This document shows positions 59,453 through 64,000 of a stretch of 64,000 nt of DNA, piece by piece. Both the position numbers and the translations under genes were made by a program. Where the stretch lies: contig OY762209.1 of NCBI GenBank assembly GCA_963665295.1, forward strand, positions 224,001-288,000. The letters are read 5' to 3'. The DNA comes from Syntrophorhabdaceae bacterium (GTDB taxonomy: Bacteria > Desulfobacterota > Syntrophorhabdia > Syntrophorhabdales > Syntrophorhabdaceae). The notes under the pieces were generated by a model. That model searched no databases and was not told the origin of the DNA. It saw only the letters and a program-made list of their open reading frames with translations. Each line of letters starts with the position of its first letter. Within the stretch, counting starts at the first letter, position 1.

Positions 59453-60247
59453 TTGAACAAGCATTCCATAGTAAAATCCCCGGCCCTGTCCGTATTCCTG
59501 AGGATCGTCCTCGGACTTGCCGCCGTGGGCCTGATAGTCTTCATCTTCTATTTGTACCTTGAAGGCGGCTGGCGGGAGATTATCGACTTTTACCGGTACT
59601 TCCTGAGCCCCAAGAGGCTCAGGCTCTTCATCGCCTCTTTCGGTCCTTTCGCATCCGTGGCCTTCGTGGTGATCCAGGCCCTTCAGGTCGTGTTTGCCCC
59701 CATACCCGGGGAAGTCACGGGCTTCGTGGGAGGGTTCCTTTTCGGGAACACGGTGGGCACCATCCTTTCCACGCTCGGACTCACCATCGGCTCGGTCATG
59801 GCCTTCGGCATCGCCCGGATCTTCGGCATGAAGCTTGTGGAAAAGGTGGTGAAAAAGGAGTACATCAGCAAGTTCAACTTCTTCGTCACCCACAAGGGCC
59901 TCTACGTAAGCTACATACTCTTCCTGATACCGGGGTTTCCGAAGGACTCCCTCTGTTACCTGCTGGGCCTTACGCGGTTGAAATTCCTCGACTTCTTCCT
60001 TATGACCCTTCTCGGGAGGTTGCCCGGCACCATAATGCTCACCTTTCAGGGCACCGCCATCAAGGACGCCCAGTATAAGACCTTTTTCATACTCTTCGCG
60101 GCAAGCCTCGCTGCGACGGTGCTCCTCTATTTTGCAAAGAACTACATCATCAAGGCTTTCACTCACGTAGTGCACAAATTCCGGAAGGCGAAGAAGGGTA
60201 AACCCGTGGAACCACACCGGAGCAAGGAACAACACGGGAAGAAGTAA
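59453..60247 (+). CDS. TVP38/DedA (VTT) family membrane protein
   Basis: QVVFAPIPGE, FLIPGFPKD and GRLPG motifs. Start uncertain. Confidence 0.85.
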   Translation: MNKHSIVKSPALSVFLRIVLGLAAVGLIVFIFYLYLEGGWREIIDFYRYFLSPKRLRLFIASFGPFASVAFVVIQALQVVFAPIPGEVTGFVGGFLFGNTVGTILSTLGLTIGSVMAFGIARIFGMKLVEKVVKKEYISKFNFFVTHKGLYVSYILFLIPGFPKDSLCYLLGLTRLKFLDFFLMTLLGRLPGTIMLTFQGTAIKDAQYKTFFILFAASLAATVLLYFAKNYIIKAFTHVVHKFRKAKKGKPVEPHRSKEQHGKK

Positions 60248-60294
60248 ACCGGTCCTGCCCATGAAAAGGCGGGGAGGAACATATGGTCGCGGGG

Positions 60295-61158
60295 TCAGCC
60301 CATCTCTTCAGGACGGAACCTGAAAGGAATCTCTATACTGTCCACATTAAGGGACGCCGGTATGGGAGGTAAAGGGTCGACTGCCTTCAACGCCCGTTGG
60401 ATCGATTCGTCGAATATCCTGTTTCCTGAGCGTTTGTCCACGGTAACGTCCACAATACGCCCGTCTTTCCTGACCTTTATCGTTATTTCAGTTTCAAGTT
60501 TCTTGGGGGCCGCCCCCGGGACACCCCATGCGGACATTATCTTTTCCCGGATATCCATGTAATATTTCTGAGTCACCAGATCGAGGGGCTTGCCTCCGCC
60601 TTCGCCTGAGAAAGGAAGGCCCGCCGGCCCTGACCCGCCCCCGCCCGCTGCTCTTCCCGACCCGTCGGGTGCGCCTCTTTTCGTGATATCCACGTAATCG
60701 GTCCTCTTCCTGATCTCCCTTAACCGTCTGTTCAGGTCGGCCAGTTCCTCCTTCGTGGCAGTCTCCCTCTCCTTTTTGACCGCTTTAGGCGTCTCCTTTA
60801 CGGGGACCTTCTTCTTCGAAAGGGATACCACCTCTTTCTCCGGCCGCCGGGGCACGGGCACGGGCTTCACTTTCACGGGTTTTTCCTTTACCGCCTCGGC
60901 TTTCTTTGCCTTGGCGGGCTCCGCCTTCTTCGCCGGTTTGGGCGGCTCCTTTGCAGGCGCCTCCACCCCCTTGGGAATGCCCACGACGCCCGGGCTTTTC
61001 GGACCTCCCCCCATGTCTCCCACGAGACTCACGGAGTATGCCGATGACAGGTCTATCTTTCTTGAGGATTTACCGACTTGAACGCTGAAGGCGCCAATGA
61101 CTATGAAGTGCACCAGCGTTGACACCACAAGCCATTTGTACCACGCTTCTTCTTTCAT
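60295..61158 (-). CDS. TolA/TonB family energy transducer
   Basis: TM segment with S-x3-H (STLVH), Lys/Pro-rich linker and C-terminal SGNRIFDESIQRA. Confidence 0.8.
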   Translation of the reverse strand: MKEEAWYKWLVVSTLVHFIVIGAFSVQVGKSSRKIDLSSAYSVSLVGDMGGGPKSPGVVGIPKGVEAPAKEPPKPAKKAEPAKAKKAEAVKEKPVKVKPVPVPRRPEKEVVSLSKKKVPVKETPKAVKKERETATKEELADLNRRLREIRKRTDYVDITKRGAPDGSGRAAGGGGSGPAGLPFSGEGGGKPLDLVTQKYYMDIREKIMSAWGVPGAAPKKLETEITIKVRKDGRIVDVTVDKRSGNRIFDESIQRALKAVDPLPPIPASLNVDSIEIPFRFRPEEMG

Positions 61159-61568
61159 CGCTCATCAAGGGGCTTGGTCACTATGTTGATTTTTTCGATG
61201 CCCGCTTCCCTGACTATACCCATGCACGTGACCACAAACCCGTAAGGAACTTCCTTGTCCGCTCTGAGATATATCTCCTTGTCCTTCTTGTTTGCAAAAA
61301 GGAGCTGGATGGCGGCCTTCAGATCTTTTACGTCCAGTTTCTTTTCATTCAGCACGAGTCTCTCTTCCTTGGTGACGTTCAGTATCTGGGGCTCATCCTT
61401 GGTGGGCATGGGCTTGGTCGTCACCTTCGGGATATCGATGTTCATTCCGTGCTGCATCATGGGGGCGGTAATCATGAATATAATGAGGAGCACGAGCATT
61501 ATATCCACAAGGGGCACCACGTTTATCTCGGAAAGGGGTCCTCCTTTCGAGTCTCTTGATGCCTTCAT
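61155..61568 (-). CDS. tolR: TolR/ExbD
   Basis: EINVVPLVDIMLVLLIIFMITAP, RADKEVPYG. Confidence 0.88.
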   Translation of the reverse strand: MKASRDSKGGPLSEINVVPLVDIMLVLLIIFMITAPMMQHGMNIDIPKVTTKPMPTKDEPQILNVTKEERLVLNEKKLDVKDLKAAIQLLFANKKDKEIYLRADKEVPYGFVVTCMGIVREAGIEKINIVTKPLDER

Positions 61569-62224
61569 TTCTCGAGGATATTGAGCAGATACATGGATGC
61601 GTTCTCCATCTTGGACACAATCCTTTTCAATCTGCTGTTAAAATAGTTGTAGGCAAGAACCGCGGGTATTGCGGTGGCGAGACCGATTGCGGTGGCGATA
61701 AGCGCTTCACTGATACCGGGGGCGACTACTGCGAGGCTCGTTGTCCCCCTCACCCCTATCTCCCTGAAGGAATCCATGATGCCCCAGACGGTGCCGAAAA
61801 GTCCGATGAAGGGTGCTGTATTGGCGGTGGTTGCCAGAAAGGAGAGCCGCCGCTCCAGGATCTCCGACTCCTCTGTAATGGTTATTCTCATGATATTCTC
61901 GATAAGAGGCAACGTTTCCGCCTCCAGCCGGGGGCTGTCTTTCTGTTTCGACGCGATCTCCTTGTAAGTCGCGACCAGCAGCCTGTAAAACGGATTGTCG
62001 GGATTCTCCCTGTATGTGGTAAGGAGTTTCCTGAAGGAACCCGTCTCCCTTGCCGCTGCGAGAAACCTGACCCCCTCCTTTTCCGTCTTTCCGAACTGCC
62101 TCATCTTTACCAGCATTATGGTCCACGATAAAATGGAAAAGATAAAAAGGATACCCATTATCACCTTGGCCATCAGTCCCGCCGAGGTGATGAGTCCTAT
62201 AATACCGCCTGTGTACATGTCCAT
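61565..62224 (-). CDS. tolQ: TolQ/ExbB proton channel
   Basis: APFIGLFGTVWGIM, APGISEALIATAIGL. Confidence 0.9.
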   Translation of the reverse strand: MDMYTGGIIGLITSAGLMAKVIMGILFIFSILSWTIMLVKMRQFGKTEKEGVRFLAAARETGSFRKLLTTYRENPDNPFYRLLVATYKEIASKQKDSPRLEAETLPLIENIMRITITEESEILERRLSFLATTANTAPFIGLFGTVWGIMDSFREIGVRGTTSLAVVAPGISEALIATAIGLATAIPAVLAYNYFNSRLKRIVSKMENASMYLLNILEK

Positions 62225-62281
62225 TTGCGATGTCTCCCCTGAAACTCCGTGGTAGATTTTACATTAAAACCCCTATCTTGT

Positions 62282-62390
62282 AAAGAAAAACCCCTGGGGG
62301 AGGCCCAGGGGGAAGGGGGGTTATTATGAGAAGCTTATGGAGGTAATTTTCAGTTTAATGGTGCTTGTACTTTTTTTCTCATACTTATAG
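62282..62390 (-). ncRNA. Candidate small RNA with C-rich anti-SD motifs and intrinsic terminator
   Basis: UAUGAGAA/UUCUCAUA stem, ACCUCC and CCCCCCUUCC motifs, and terminator CCCCUGGG-CCUCC-CCCAGGGG-UUUU. Confidence 0.45.
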
Positions 62391-62874
62391 CCGTTTCACA
62401 GGCTTTTATCGGGCTAAAATCACGTGAAATTCTCTCACTATGCTCGGCAACGGAGCCACGTTTTCCATATCGTGAATTATTTAACATGCCCTGTTCTAAT
62501 AGTACATCATATCAGTTCATCTGTCAACCCCAAAATGATCTTTTGTAAAAAATAATACCCGGGCAGATTCGCCCTTACCCTATTAAGATTGGGCTTATAC
62601 ACCCTTTCCGGAGCAACCAATATGTACAGAATAGCGTACACCAGCGTCCGTATTCGGTTTTCACCCCGAAGGAGTAATGAATACGGGTCGGCGCGCGATA
62701 TGGAGCAGGAAAACGTCTTGAGGGCCACGGAGCAGGAAGGACCGGTTTCTCGCGCACACGCCGGTTGCCGTGACCCTGGAAAAATAGGCTTGATTTCGCC
62801 TCATGGCTCAACGTACAATAGGCGTAAGCGGAAGCATTCGAGTAGGACATAAAAGGGCAAAGGAGCGTCTTCAT

Positions 62875-63600
62875 ATGGCAAAGATAATGGAAGGTATTCA
62901 GTTCATCGCAGGACAGGATGAGTTCATCCCCGACTCTCACGTGTACATCATAGGTGAGCCCGGTTCCAACGATCTCTCCATGGTTGACGTGGGGCTTACA
63001 GGCAAAGGAAACTACAAGATTCAGTCCATTCGAAAGATGGGCATCGAGCCCGCATCCATCAAGCGGATCATCATGACCCATACCCATCTCGACCATATAG
63101 GCTGTCTTTCGGAAATAAGGACCCAGATCCCCGAAGCCGAATTATGGGTTCACGCCCTCGAGGCGGAACCGTTGGAAAGGGGCGAGGATAACGCAGTCTA
63201 CGGGATGGCGGAGTTCAAGACCATGTGCCAGATGCAGTTCGGGATCAAAGCCGGGGCCTTCAAGGTGAAGGTGGACCGCAAGCTTCAGGGCGGGGAAACC
63301 CTGAATATGGGTAACATGACCTGGGAGGTCATCCACATCCCCGGCCACTCCATGGGCGGGATCGCGCTTTACAACCGGGCATTGAAGGTACTCATCCCGG
63401 GCGACGTCGTGTATGCGGACTACGCCATAGGCAGGTTCGACCTTTTCGGCGCGAACGCGGCCCAGTTGAAGGCGTCTCTCTATAACCTCGCGGAGCTGGA
63501 AGTGAACATACTTCTGCCGGGACACAATCAACTCGCGAAAGACCTGCCTCCCGGCTACATCATGAAAACCGCGAAAACCTGGGAGCCCTATCTCACCTGA
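62875..63600 (+). CDS. Metallo-beta-lactamase-fold hydrolase
   Basis: THTHLDHIG, PGHSMG, GD and PGH motifs, AGGAG RBS. Confidence 0.9.
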   Translation: MAKIMEGIQFIAGQDEFIPDSHVYIIGEPGSNDLSMVDVGLTGKGNYKIQSIRKMGIEPASIKRIIMTHTHLDHIGCLSEIRTQIPEAELWVHALEAEPLERGEDNAVYGMAEFKTMCQMQFGIKAGAFKVKVDRKLQGGETLNMGNMTWEVIHIPGHSMGGIALYNRALKVLIPGDVVYADYAIGRFDLFGANAAQLKASLYNLAELEVNILLPGHNQLAKDLPPGYIMKTAKTWEPYLT

Positions 63601-64000
63601 GCGGTAAGACCAAGGCATGGCGTTTCCGTAGGTTGCTCCGGCGGCAGCCGGCAACCCCGCCTTTGCCTATGGCTATCGAAAAACTATTGACCTGATTTCC
63701 GCAGGATCGTCCTGCCCGCCTTCAGCATACCTTCAATAAGACTTAATTATGAGTCAACTGGAAAATTGCCATGTATTGAAATTATCCCGGGCGATGGCAC
63801 CATAGATCATGACGCCGCCGGTTGATATCCCTAGCCCGAAGTTCCCCGCCCAATATTAACCCATCACCTTGATATTCCAATGATTATGGCAGAAATTGAT
63901 TTCCCGTTACTGGCTACAGTCCGAGGAGGGCAAGGGCGCGGGCCTGGAGAGGTGTCGGATCAGTAAGAAGGGTGAAGGCCGGGGCCATGGAGTCCAAAAC

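Noticed and set aside
63660..64000. Possible gene at the window end
   Set aside because: The frames I checked by eye are interrupted by stops, and no motif is recognisable.

Overview
64 kb of a GC-rich bacterial chromosome. Gene content (pyruvate/oxaloacetate carboxyltransferase, NDP-forming acyl-CoA synthetase, T2SS, TolQRA) suggests an anaerobic deltaproteobacterium, possibly Syntrophorhabdus-like; this is inference only. Housekeeping genes (rdgB, rph, trxB, ssb, typA, mtgA, uppS, tolQRA, tRNA-Pro, tRNA-Glu) are mixed with a dispersed extracellular copper-enzyme system. It comprises three intact exported multicopper oxidases (two with FG-GAP tails), a remnant of a fourth, T2SS gspE/gspF, three NosL-like proteins with no nosZ in the window, LolCDE/MacB-like ABC exporters, CusAB plus a YtkA-like protein, and two FKBP PPIases. 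The strongest unannotated signal is regulatory. All three oxidases and one NosL/ABC operon have a sigma-54-type -24/-12 promoter preceded, about 85-170 bp upstream, by 2-3 copies of the palindrome GTCTTG-N5-CAAGAC spaced 19-21 bp apart, which points to one enhancer-dependent regulon. Other notable items: an IS110 remnant with a bridge-RNA-like structured right end inside the leader of oxidase 3, a CutF/CruR-like leader peptide candidate, internally deleted genes, a REP/MITE-derived repeat array after typA, a candidate anti-SD sRNA, and a clan-CD-like secreted peptidase. All family assignments come from motif recognition by eye, not database searches.
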